From the NCBI RefSeq assembly GCF_009834535.1, contig NC_045707.1, positions 62,064,001 through 62,128,000 on the forward strand: a stretch of DNA of 64,000 nt, in the 5' to 3' direction. The notes under the pieces are model-generated. The model saw nothing but the letters and a program-made list of their open reading frames with translations. It did no database searches and had not been told where the DNA came from. The position numbers and the translations under genes were made by a program. The DNA comes from Camelus ferus. Lineage: Eukaryota. Below are positions 53,054-64,000 of this stretch, in pieces; positions within the stretch are counted from its first letter, which is position 1; each line of letters begins with the position of its first letter.

Positions 53054-54787
53054 TGGAAATTTTAAATAAAGCTACTATAAACATCTATGTGAAGTATTTT
53101 CTGTGTGATCATAAGTTTTGAACTCCTCTACCAAGGAACAATTGCTGGATTGTATTTTAAGAGTTTGTTTAATTTTGTAAGAAATTGCCAAACTGTCTTC
53201 CAAAGTGGTTGTATCATTTTGCATTTCCCCAGTAATGTATAAAGATTATTGTTGCTCCACATCTTCATCAGGGTTTGGTGTTATCAGCAATTCAGATTTT
53301 GGACATTCTAGTAGGTATGCAGTAGTATCTCATTGTTGCTCTGATTTGCATTTTCCTGATGTAATATGATGTAGAGAATCTTTTTCATATGCTTTTTTTT
53401 GCCATCTGTATATTTTCTTTGGTACAATGTCTGTTTATATCTTTCACTCCATTTTTAATGAGATTATTAGTTTCCTTATTGTTGAATTTGAAGAGTTCTT
53501 TGTATATTTTGGCTAATAGTCCTTTATCAGATGTGTCTCTTGCAAATATATTTTTCCCCAATCTGTGGCTTATATTCTAATTTTCTTGACATTGTCTTTT
53601 GCAGAGCAGAAGTTTTTAATTTCAATAAAGTCCAAGTTATCAGTTATTTCTTTCATGGATCATGTCTTTGATGTTAAAAAAAAAAAAAAGGCATCACCAT
53701 CTCCAAGGTCATCTAGGTTTTCTCCTATATTACCTTCTAGGAGTTTTACACTTCTGCATTTTACATTTAGGCCTATTATCCATTTTGAATTATTTTTGTG
53801 AAGAGTCTGCATCTAGATTCGTTTCAATTGTGAGTGTCTAGTTGTTCCAGAACCATTTGTTGAAGAGACTATTTTTACTCCATTGTGTTACCTTTACTCC
53901 TTTGTCAAAGATAAGTTGATTACACTTATAGGGATTGATTTCTTGGCTTTTCAAAAAATTTTTTTTATTAACTTTTTTGTCTGTTTTTTCACCAGTTTTT
54001 TCACCAATTCTTCTCACCAATTTCACCAATTACTGTGGTATTACAGTAAGTCTTGCAGTCCAATAGCATCAGTCCTCCAATTTTATTCTTCTCCTTCAGT
54101 ATTGTGTTGGCCCTCCTGGGTCTTTCGCATCACCATATAAATTTAAAATCAGTTCGTTAATAATCATAAAATAACTTGCTGGGATTTTTATTGAGATTAC
54201 ATTGAGTCTATAAATTAAGCTGGGAAGAAATGACATCTTGACAATATTGAGTCTTTCTATCCATAGACATAGAATATCTCTTCATTATTTAGTTCCTTTT
54301 TTACATTTTGTTCATCAGATCTTTACAGTTTTCCTTACATAGATCTTGTACACATTTTGTTAGACTTACATCTAATATTTCATTTCATTTTGGGGGGTGA
54401 TAATGTAAATGTATTGTGTTTCTGATTTTAAATTCCATTTGTTCATTGTGGTATATAGAAAAGTAACTGACTTTTGTATATTAAACTTGTATCCTGTAAC
54501 CTTGCTATAGTCACTTATTAGTTCCAGAGAGTTTTTGTTGATTCTTTTGGATTTTCTACATACATGATCATCTGTGAACAAAGACAGTTTTATGTCTTCC
54601 TTCCCAATCTGTATACTTTTTATTTCCTTTTCTTGCTTTATTGTATTAGCAAGGACTCCCAGTAGGATGTTGAAAAAGAGTGATGAGAGAGAATATCCCT
54701 GCCATGTACCTGATCTTACTGGAAAAGTTTTGAGTTTGTCATTATTTTAGTATGATGTTTTTTTGTAGGTTTTTTAAAAAATAAATA

Positions 54788-55035
54788 CAGTTGTCTCTCA
54801 GTATCACAGGAAATTGGTTCTAGAAGCCCCATGGATACCAAAATTTGTAGATGGTCAAATCCATTACATAAAGTGGCACAGTACAGTGAATACAATCAGC
54901 CCTCTGTATTCATGGGTTTTACATTAGTTGATTCAACCAACCATGGTTGAATTCAACTAAATTAAATCTATTCCGTTCAATCTGTGGTTGGTTGAATCTG
55001 TGGATGCAAAATTTACAGATTCAGAGGGCTGACTG
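54788..55035 (+). mobile_element. MER2B-like Tigger (TcMar) MITE
   Basis: TA TSDs; TIRs cagttgtctctcagtatc / gattcagagggctgactg; ggataccaaaat...gattcaaccaacc motifs. Confidence 0.85.
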
Positions 55036-57849
55036 TAGCCTTTATCAAGTTGAGAAAACTTCTTCTCTATTCCTAAATTACTAATAGTTTCTATTGTGAA
55101 TGGATGTTGGATTGTGTCAAATGTTTTTCTCTGCACCTATTGATGTGATCATGGGTATTTTTTGTTTTTAGTCTTTTATTGTGATTATTTACATTAATTG
55201 ATTTTTTAATTGAACCAGGTCTTGAATACCTGGGCTAATCTCACTTGGTTATGGTGTATGATTCATTTTACATTTTTCAGGATTTGATTGGCTAATATTT
55301 TGTTGAAGATTTTAGCATTTGTGTTCATGAGAGATATTGGTCTATAGTTTTCCTATAATGTCTTTGTCTGATTTTGTTATTAGAAAAAGTCTGGCCTCAC
55401 TGAAAGAGATAGAAAGTATTCTTTCTGCTTTTATCCTCCAAGGAGATTGTAGAAAATTTGTATAATTTCTCCCTTAAATGTTTGGTAAAATTCACCAGGG
55501 AATCCATCTGGGTCTGGTGCTTTCTGTTTTAGAAAGTTATTAATTATTGAGTCAATTTACTTAATAGATATAAACCTATTCAGATTGTATTTTCTTATGT
55601 GAGTTCTGGCAGATTATGTCTTTCAAGGAATTGGTCTATTTCATCTAGGTTTTTAAATTGTATGCATAGAGTTGTTCACACTAATTTTTTATTATACCTT
55701 TAATTCCCATGGCATCTGTAGTGATGTCCTGTCTTTCACTTCTGATAATAATTTCTTCTTTTTTTTTAGTTAGCTTGGCTAAAGGCTTATCAATTTTATT
55801 GATTTTTTTCCAAGAACCAGCTTTCAGTATTGTTGATATTTCTTCATGATTTCCTATTTTCAATTTTCACTATTCTTCTCTAATTCCTATTATTTATCTT
55901 CTTATGCTTATTTTGTATTTAATTTACTGCTCCATTTCTAGTTTTTTAAGGTGACTAGAGCAAACAGATTCACAATGTTTGACATATTCCTTGGACTAAG
56001 ATGAGATAAACATTAAAAGAGCAAAGAAATTACTGCAAATGTAAAGGTGAAGAGAAACAACATGCACAAAAATGTACATGTGCATGTGTATGTATATGTA
56101 TACATAACATGTTTGGTGAATACTGAATAAATGGATTTCCACTTCAAAAAGTGGACTATTTTCTGTTCCCCTATGAAATGAGACTATCAGGAATCCATGG
56201 AAGCATTTTTTTAGAAAGAAAATGCGAGAGTATCTAACTGCTTTCTTTAGTCTGGTCATTCTTACTTGAAATGTGACTACCATACCATCTATTCTCTACT
56301 TCTGATTCTCTTCTTTTAGTAGATAGATACTGGAACTTTTGGATCTGTTCATCAATTTTTATCATTTTATTCCTTACTATTTAGAATTGTATGTTGAGCT
56401 AATTCATACATTAGATTTCAGTCATTTAATTCACTACACAGAAGTGTAGTATACAGAAATTCACCTGATCTATTGAGATTATTATTACTATTACTATTAT
56501 TAGTAACAGTTTATTCTACCTTCAGCAATCAAGCTTTAAAATTCTGCATGGTTAACTCCATTATTTATATACTTTCCCACATATTTGAAAATATAAATTA
56601 TGCTTTGTTATTTTATTGGCTTTCCCCAAATATTTGGTCATTTCTGGATGTATCCTTGTAATGTTTGTCTCAGTTCTGATATTTAAAAGCATTCACCATT
56701 CTCCACAAAGTACACTCATATAAGCTTTTATTTAAAGACTAAAGATGAGTAAGTGAGATAGGGAATGCAGATAGATATCAGAAATCAAGGAGACATTTCA
56801 CAGTGAATCTCCTTTTTTACATACACGTGGACTACGCTGTGTTTCTAGCTTGAAATTCTAGATTTGTATGAAAAAATCTTGGCTAAGGGAGGGTGCCTCA
56901 AAAAAGCTCTCAGTATCCCTTTTAATAATGAAGCCACACTTGTCAAATGGGTCGGGCCTGTTGCAAACCAGCTGTAAAGAAACTGATTCTGTGGGTCAAC
57001 AGGGAAGTTTCAGACTTAAACATCACATCATAAATCCCACGACTCTGATCTTTCCAAGAGTCAAAAACCAGATGTCCAGGAGTCCCAAGATATAAAGACT
57101 GAGCTTTCCTAGTCCAGCTATTAATCAACTCTGGTTCCACATCACTAACATTTTATTTTGAAAGGCTTTATCCTGTCTGCATCTGTCATTATCATTTTAT
57201 CAGACTTTGTCTCCAGATTTTGTAACGAAAATGTGGAATGGACTCATAGACAGTGGGTTTCAGTGCTAATGTTCCGGATATGGGGCCTCTCTCTCTCTCT
57301 CTTTTTTTCCCTGTTCCTTGACATGCAAAGCTGCTCAATATCTTATTCAATAATAGCAATAATAAACATGTAATTCTCTTAGTTAGAACAGACACTTCTG
57401 TGATCAATATTTGTCTCAAGAAGCATAGCCGCAGGCTGGAGACGAGAGTAGTTGAGGTTGGGACGAAGTTCATCTACCTGGCAGATACTAGTGTGGTGAT
57501 TTTATTATTACGTTTGTCCCTTCTGCTCCTGATGCACAGCACATCAAGGTTCATAACCTTCCTGAAGTTTCCCAACTGTACATCAGCTCGTTCAAGAACA
57601 GATATTAAAATTCATTTTCTTTCTCCAGATTTGTCTGTCTCCTCCTTAAGAATTGCTCAGAATTTTGGTCCACCTAGGATAACATTTTTACCACGTGCTT
57701 GCCTGCTTTAGAATTTTATATTCCCTCCTATATTTACCTTGCATACTTCTTTTTCTACCTATCTTTTTCTCCTAGCTATAGCCCTATAATTATTCACATC
57801 TACCACGGAAAACTTTTCTTGAATCACCAATTTAAGTTAATGTCTCCTC

Positions 57850-60480
57850 TTATATTATGATACAGAACTTGAATTTGGCCTTTGGAGAGTTTCTGACAAT
57901 CCTTTTTTATCCTCTATAGGACTTGTAGAGGAATTGCAATTTCTTTTGTCAGTTTTGAAAAATTCTCAAATATAGCTTCTGTCCCTCTTTTCTTTGGAGA
58001 GATTACAGTTACACATATCTTTTCAGATTGTTTTCTACTTGCCTCTTGCATTCTTTTTCACTGTTTTCCATCGCTTTTCCAATTTGTACTTCAACCTTAA
58101 TATTCTGAATTCACCTAAACTCCTGATATCAATCTTCTTTTATACTATGTCTAATATGACTTTGAACTCACCTATTGGATTTTTATTTCCAGCTTTTGCA
58201 TTATTTTAATATACATTTAATTTTAGAACAGTTTCATATTTACAGAGAAATTGTAAAGAGTTTTGAGAGTTTTCATCTATCTCGTACTTAGTTTATCCTT
58301 TTATTAACATCAAATTTAGTATGATACTTTTGTTATAATTAATGAATTAATATTGATAAATTATTATTAACTAAAGCCTATAGTTTATTAAGATTTCTTT
58401 TTTCTCCTAATGTCCTTTTTCTGTTCCAAGATCTCAACCGTGATAGCACATTACTTTCAGTCCTATGTCTCCTTAGGCCACTCTTGAATGTGACAGTTTC
58501 TCAGACTTTTTTTGTTTTGACGATCTTTACAGTTTTGAAGTATCTGATATTTTCTAAAATATCGCTTAATTAAGATGTATCTGGTGATTTTCTTATGAAG
58601 AGGTTATATGTTTTTCACAAAGCTAAAGTGCCAGTCTCATCATATTATACCAAGAACACCTATCAGTGAAATCTAGCGCCTATGTTAACCTTGACATCAG
58701 GCTGAGGTAGAGTTTATCAAGTTCCTCCACTGTAAACTTGATCTTCTGCCTCCATTTCCATGCAGACAAATATAGTCAATTTACCTTGACAAAGGAGCAA
58801 AGACAATTCAGTGGAGAAGTTATAGTCTGCAACAAAATTATTTTGTGAGATTTTATTTTTATTTGGCTAGGGGTTGGTCTGCGCTTAAAGTTTTCACAGC
58901 TGTATGTCCCAGAGGCTTCCAATTAATTAAGTGCCCTTGTTTCTGTTATCCCCTTTGAGGTTCCTTAAGTACTCCTAATCTCTCCTTAGGAGAGATTCTG
59001 ATTCTTGTAAGTATTTCACCTATAATCCACTGTTATTATAATGGAGCCCTGTTGGTGTTGTGGAAGAGGTATGGGAAAGAGATGCATTCTATAATCTTTT
59101 GATTAAATCTCTGTATTTTTGTGAGTTTGTGCCTCCCGGTTGTGACCTTCATAAATGTTTCCGTAGTAGTATAGCTTTTTTATCTCCCTTAGATGAGATA
59201 GGAAAGTTAGAGGATGTCAGGGTCTGAGCAAATCACTTCCCTCACCTGGGATAAGGATCTGGTAATTTTTTTTTTTTTTTCTTCTTGGATAATAAGCAGT
59301 ACTTACAGAGACAATTCTAGGGGCATCTGACAATAATTACTTGCCCCCTTTCCCTGTCAGAACCACACGGGATCTTTCTAGCGTCTTGCCTTAAAAACAC
59401 AGTGGGCTTGCCAAATGTGGGGCTATTTCCAGAATTATGGACCCCAGGTTTTTCTTATTATCATGCTAGTCCACACAGCTTCCAGTAATTCATCAAAACG
59501 CCTATGTCAGCCTTTCTGCACGTTATGGCTTCTGTGGCTCCTGCTTTAAGCAAGCAGTTCTTGACTGTGACTCTTGATTTGCCTGTCTCTGAATTTCATG
59601 GTGGCCACTGGCCTTGCAATCTCAGGCACTTGATGAATTCAACAAAAGCCATTGATTTTTTTTTGTTCTGCTCCTTCTTGTTTTAAGGATGGGAGTGGCA
59701 ACTTCAAAGCTCTTCTTTACATGTTGCAGCTGAAACCAGAAGTAGCCAGCCATTGGATTTTTAACTTCTAGAATGTTAAGTTGACTCTTTTTAAGGATTT
59801 GAAGTTTATACTGTTATCATCCATCTCTTTTCCATTCTTATCAACATATTAACATATTTATTTAAAGTTACTATCTGATAGCTATGATATCTTAATTACC
59901 TAGCTATTTTTTCTCTTGGTTTTTGGTCATTATTTTTCCTTTGGCATACCTTGTAATTTTTTGTTTAATGTTGGATATTATATATGAAAAGTCAGAGAAG
60001 CTCTGGATGGTATTTTCTTCTTCAAAGATGGTTAAATAATTTTCTGGAGGGCAAATAGAGTAGAGGCTGATTCCCTTGACTCCGTGGAGGATTTATTTTA
60101 AGCTTTTTTTTTTTTTTTTCTTTCAGGTAGAACATGTTCAACTTTGGCTTTACTTCTAGATCACAGCCCTTACCCCTAGGCTGTGCTCCTCTGAGGTCTT
60201 AACTACAAGCCAGGGTGGTTTGCCTGTGTTCTTCATCTTAGCAGATCTTGAACTCCAGCTTCTGTCTCCTTGGTATTGCACTGCTGATGCACTCTCTCAA
60301 CAGTCCTGTAGCTTCCCAGCTGCTAATTACTGTGCAAATTGTTGTAGTATCTTTCTGAGCATGTTCATCTTAGGAGCTGACAAATACCTCAGGGGAAATT
60401 GGACTCAGATACTGGGGTTCACTTTTGTGGCTCTCTCCTGAGATTTTGTCCTTCGAAATTTGCAAACTCTCACCTCTAAA
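57850..60480 (-). mobile_element. Old L1ME-like remnant interrupted by an L1MC3/4-like element (58205-59745)
   Basis: L1MC-type 3' end ttttagaacagtttcatatttacagagaaattg...ttattattaactaaag and 5' end ggatgggagtggcaacttcaaagctc...ctgaaaccagaagt; T-rich L1-like flanks. Confidence 0.7.
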
Positions 60481-61649
60481 TTAGCATAAATGTCAATTAC
60501 ATTAACTAGACTCTTACATGTTCCCATTATTTTTATTATCTTGAACTGTATCAATATATCTCTATATTTGAAAATAGATTCACCAAATTGCATGATATTT
60601 TAAGATCTTAGGAAAACATCATATGCAAAATATGGAAAGTATGATCAGTCTACACAACAGTAATCAAGAGAAATGCTTGCCAATTCTAGATTTTTTTTTT
60701 TATTTTAGAGACATTTAAAATAATAAATAATGGCTCTGTTATCATTTTAAAATAAATTCAATTGCCTTGTGCTTTATACTAATTATGATCTGCTTAAATC
60801 CTGTGATATTTTAGGGATCCCACTTTTAAAAAAATATGCTGCTAGTAAACTGAGAAATAGTTACCCTAGAAAGATCATAGACATAGTGGCTATGAGATAT
60901 GGATTATAAATAAATAAAAAGAGAATTAAAAAAACTATTTTTGCTATAATATTTTTATGTGAGATTATATAGTTTAGTGTAGTGAAATGACATGAAGGTA
61001 GTTAAGTGGGGAAATACGCCAGTTCAAGACTGCTCACCTATTAAATACATTCTTTCCTTTAATGCCCTTAATTAAAAAAAAAGACACATAATCTATTATA
61101 TATTTGGTTAATATTACATATTAAGCTTCATTTAGAACACAATTTAGAATGTGTAGATCTCTAGTAATAATGTGAATTTATCTGAGAAAGAATATACTTA
61201 CTGTAATGGTTATTTAATTTATTGTAAATATATGTGGAGAATATAGAGAAAAGAGAGAAAGAGAGAAAATTTAGATATTGTGATTTAGCCTCAGTAACAA
61301 GCCAAAAAAATACATTTTAATCAAAATAAATTTTTCGGTTATGCTTCCTCCATGGAAAAAGTAAATTAAATATCAGAATTCAGTGCATGGTGCCAGCTTA
61401 AACTTTTCCTCGATTACAAGATTTTATCTGTAAAAGGTATACTACTGTCTGTGTAACCATGAAAGTTAAGCCAAAAAACTTATTTAAATAATGAGCTCTA
61501 ATAATCACACACAAAAAAGTGTTTACACACTCCCTAGTCAATGTGTCCAAATATTTATTTTAAATAAATGTTAGTCTACATTTCTCATTTTACAGGTCTA
61601 CACGGACTACTATTCTAAAAACTACTATAATTTGTTATTGCACACTTTT

Positions 61650-61682
<33 letters not shown>
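61650..61682. repeat. (CA)n microsatellite
   Basis: Directly visible. Confidence 0.95.
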
Positions 61683-62249
61683 AATACATGCAGACTCAAA
61701 CTATTGCTTTTTTGTTACTAGGACATTTTCTAAAACAATTTTTTTTTTGCTATAATTAGACTTCGTGAAGAGTAGTATTCGATTATGGCAACTTTATCAG
61801 GGCATTTTTTTTTCTTTCTAAATAGTTAATTGGAGATAATTGAAGAAAGCAAAAAAAATGTCCTTGCTGAGTTTTAGTTGGCTCACTACTTGATAGGAAT
61901 ACAGCCTAACTAGGGCAGCATGAAATCTGCAAGAGAACAATGATAAAAAATTAAAGAACATTCTTTAGAAGTTCAAAGTGGAAAGTAAAATGGTTAGATA
62001 TTAACATCCTATGCTATGTCTTTCAGAAAATATTCCATATTCATTTTGGTAATAACAAACTTAAAAAGAAGCCTAATTAAGAACTTACCAGTAGTATTAC
62101 CTTTCTTTTTCCTTTCATTATAATTATTACTTTTCTCATTTATTTTAATTACTAGATTTCAAATAATAAAACTTAGGAACAGAAAACTAACTTGATAATA
62201 AGAGAGTAAGGAATTTTCACACAGGCCTAAACACACACACATACACACA

Positions 62250-63900
62250 CAGAGAAAAATATAACAAATGCCTTTTTACTCACCAACAAGAATCAATCAT
62301 TTTAACATCGTTATATTTAGTTTTTGTGCTTCACTGTTTTATTTAACAAATATAAAACATTCTACACGGCTAATTCTCTACTTAAATAATGTCTCTGTTA
62401 AATGCAATCTTAAGTACTATTCAGCTGTCTACTTCTCTAAAGGCAACTGGTAACATGAATTTTGTATGCATATGTTTACAACTGCCGTTTGTTACTTTTT
62501 ATATATAATGGATTATATTTGCTTTTAAATCTGTGTAAATGTTGTAAGAGTATATCATTCTTCAATTTGTTATTTTACTAAACAATATGTTTTTGAGATC
62601 TATCCGTATTGCAAGAGAGAGAGAGAGAGAGAGACAGATGGATAGATATATTTAATTCATTCCTTTATCTGGTTGTAGAGTTTTTATACTCTTGCATTTC
62701 CATCCTATAAATATTATATTGTGACCTACTGATCTCACTTTAACAGAATAAAGCTGGAATTTTTCTTGTAAAAATTTGCTATAACAGGCTTTAATTGGTG
62801 AGTTTATTCAGTTTACATGATTATGTATACCTTAAATTTTTTTTTTCTTGTTCTGTGGATTCTATTTCCAACATATTTTCTTTGGTTCATTTTCTTTTTC
62901 TTTTTACATTTTTACTGAATTCATAAATATTCCTTATTTTATTTTCTTCTCTCTATAAGAGTTTATTTTTTCCACAGCTACTTTTGCTTTTTTGCCAACT
63001 CCTTCATTTTTCTTACATTCTTAAATTATAGTTCAGCTTGGTATAGAATATTTGATTGACAATATTTTTCTTATGTGCTTTGAAGATATTATTCTTTTTC
63101 TTCATGTTATCATAGGATGAGAAATATGCTTGACTGGTGTACTTTTGGAGACTCTTAGATTTTAAATCTGATAGCTTTTGCTTTTTCTTCTTAAACTTTG
63201 AGATTCCACAGTTTCATAGAAATATACTTAAGCTTTAAGTTTTCAATCTAAGGATTTAGATATTTCTTTAATCCTGGGAAATTGTTGGCTTTCATCTCAT
63301 TAAATATTGCCTCTTTCACTTCTTCCATTCAATTATTTTTCTATGCCTCTATTCATTATTCTGCTAACCTAAATAGATCTATATTGGACCTTCTAAATCT
63401 ATCATGTTATCTACCTTAAGATAATTGATCAAGCCTATGTTGTAATTTGTCTATTGAGATTTCTTATGTTATGATTCGGATTTTTTTTTTTTTTTTTTTT
63501 TTTTGCTTTTTAAAAATCCATTTGGTTCTCTTCAAATATGCCTTTCTTGTTTCAAAATCTTGATCGTTTTTGAGATTTCACCTCTTATTTTATCTCTTTG
63601 AATATTTGGAACATACTATAGAGTCAATTTAAATTTTCTTTAAATTGTTGCATTATCTCTAGTTCCTTGGCTTACAATTCTGCCACTGTGGATCTGTCTG
63701 CAGTCATCTTCCACTGGACTTCATTATGAATCTTATAATTTAATTTCTTGACCAATCTTAGTGGGATAAATCTGAACTCCTAAAAGTACCAGGAATTATA
63801 GAGGCTATACTGTGGGACCATTTTTCACACTGCACCATGTCTTTATAGATTTCATCAATTTGGGACAAATTACACCATTAATTTGTATGCTCAGTGTTCT
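62250..63900 (-). mobile_element. Very old L1 (L1ME-like) fragments
   Basis: aacaatatgtttttgagatctatcc; ggtatagaata...gctttgaagatattattc...gatgagaaat; tcctgggaaatt...aaatattgcctct. Confidence 0.6.
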
Positions 63901-64000
63901 GGTTTAGGTATATTCCTTTCAGGACTGATAATAGAGCTTTGTTCCATATAGCTAGCTTGAATGTAACCTCAAAACTCTCCCATGTGCAGTCTCAGATACT

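Larger units (their letters stand above)
51110..55955 (-). mobile_element. Old L1 (L1MC1/2-like), 3'UTR through ORF2, host of younger insertions
   Basis: ttaggttttcaacaagattgagaggaagatacaga...ttttccagaatgtcatatagttg. The ORF2 remnant continues 53064-55955 (translated fragments NQLIFDKG, YKFNIQKSVTFLY, KINKIDKPLAKLTKKK). Confidence 0.9.

Noticed and set aside
1..64000. CRISPR array, operon or other prokaryotic/novel gene system
   Set aside because: No regularly spaced repeat-spacer array and no long ORFs; the sequence is repeat-rich mammalian non-coding DNA.

Overview
AT-rich, CpG-depleted mammalian genomic DNA, intergenic or deep intronic. I recognise no protein-coding exon, RNA gene or CpG-island promoter. 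Four tRNA-derived SINEs of the Vic-1 type suggest a camelid source, and no CHR/Bov/PRE/Alu/Can SINEs were seen. Much of the window is transposon debris: MIR, L2, old and young L1, MaLR/ERVL/ERV1 LTRs, an internally deleted LTR16/ERV3-16A3-like provirus, and hAT and Tigger MITEs. The supplied ORFs are microsatellite artefacts, decayed L1/ERV fragments or chance ORFs. I found no evidence for a novel gene system. The most notable signals are structural: (i) a ~115-bp unique segment copied 1.9 kb away into an old ERVL relic; (ii) L1 copies that keep both ends and a TSD but lack the middle; (iii) two L1 insertions at one target site; (iv) twin-priming inversions; (v) a tandemly duplicated hairpin; (vi) a strong CTCF-like motif. 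Repeat family names come from recalled consensus sequences, not a database search, and boundaries of old elements are approximate.
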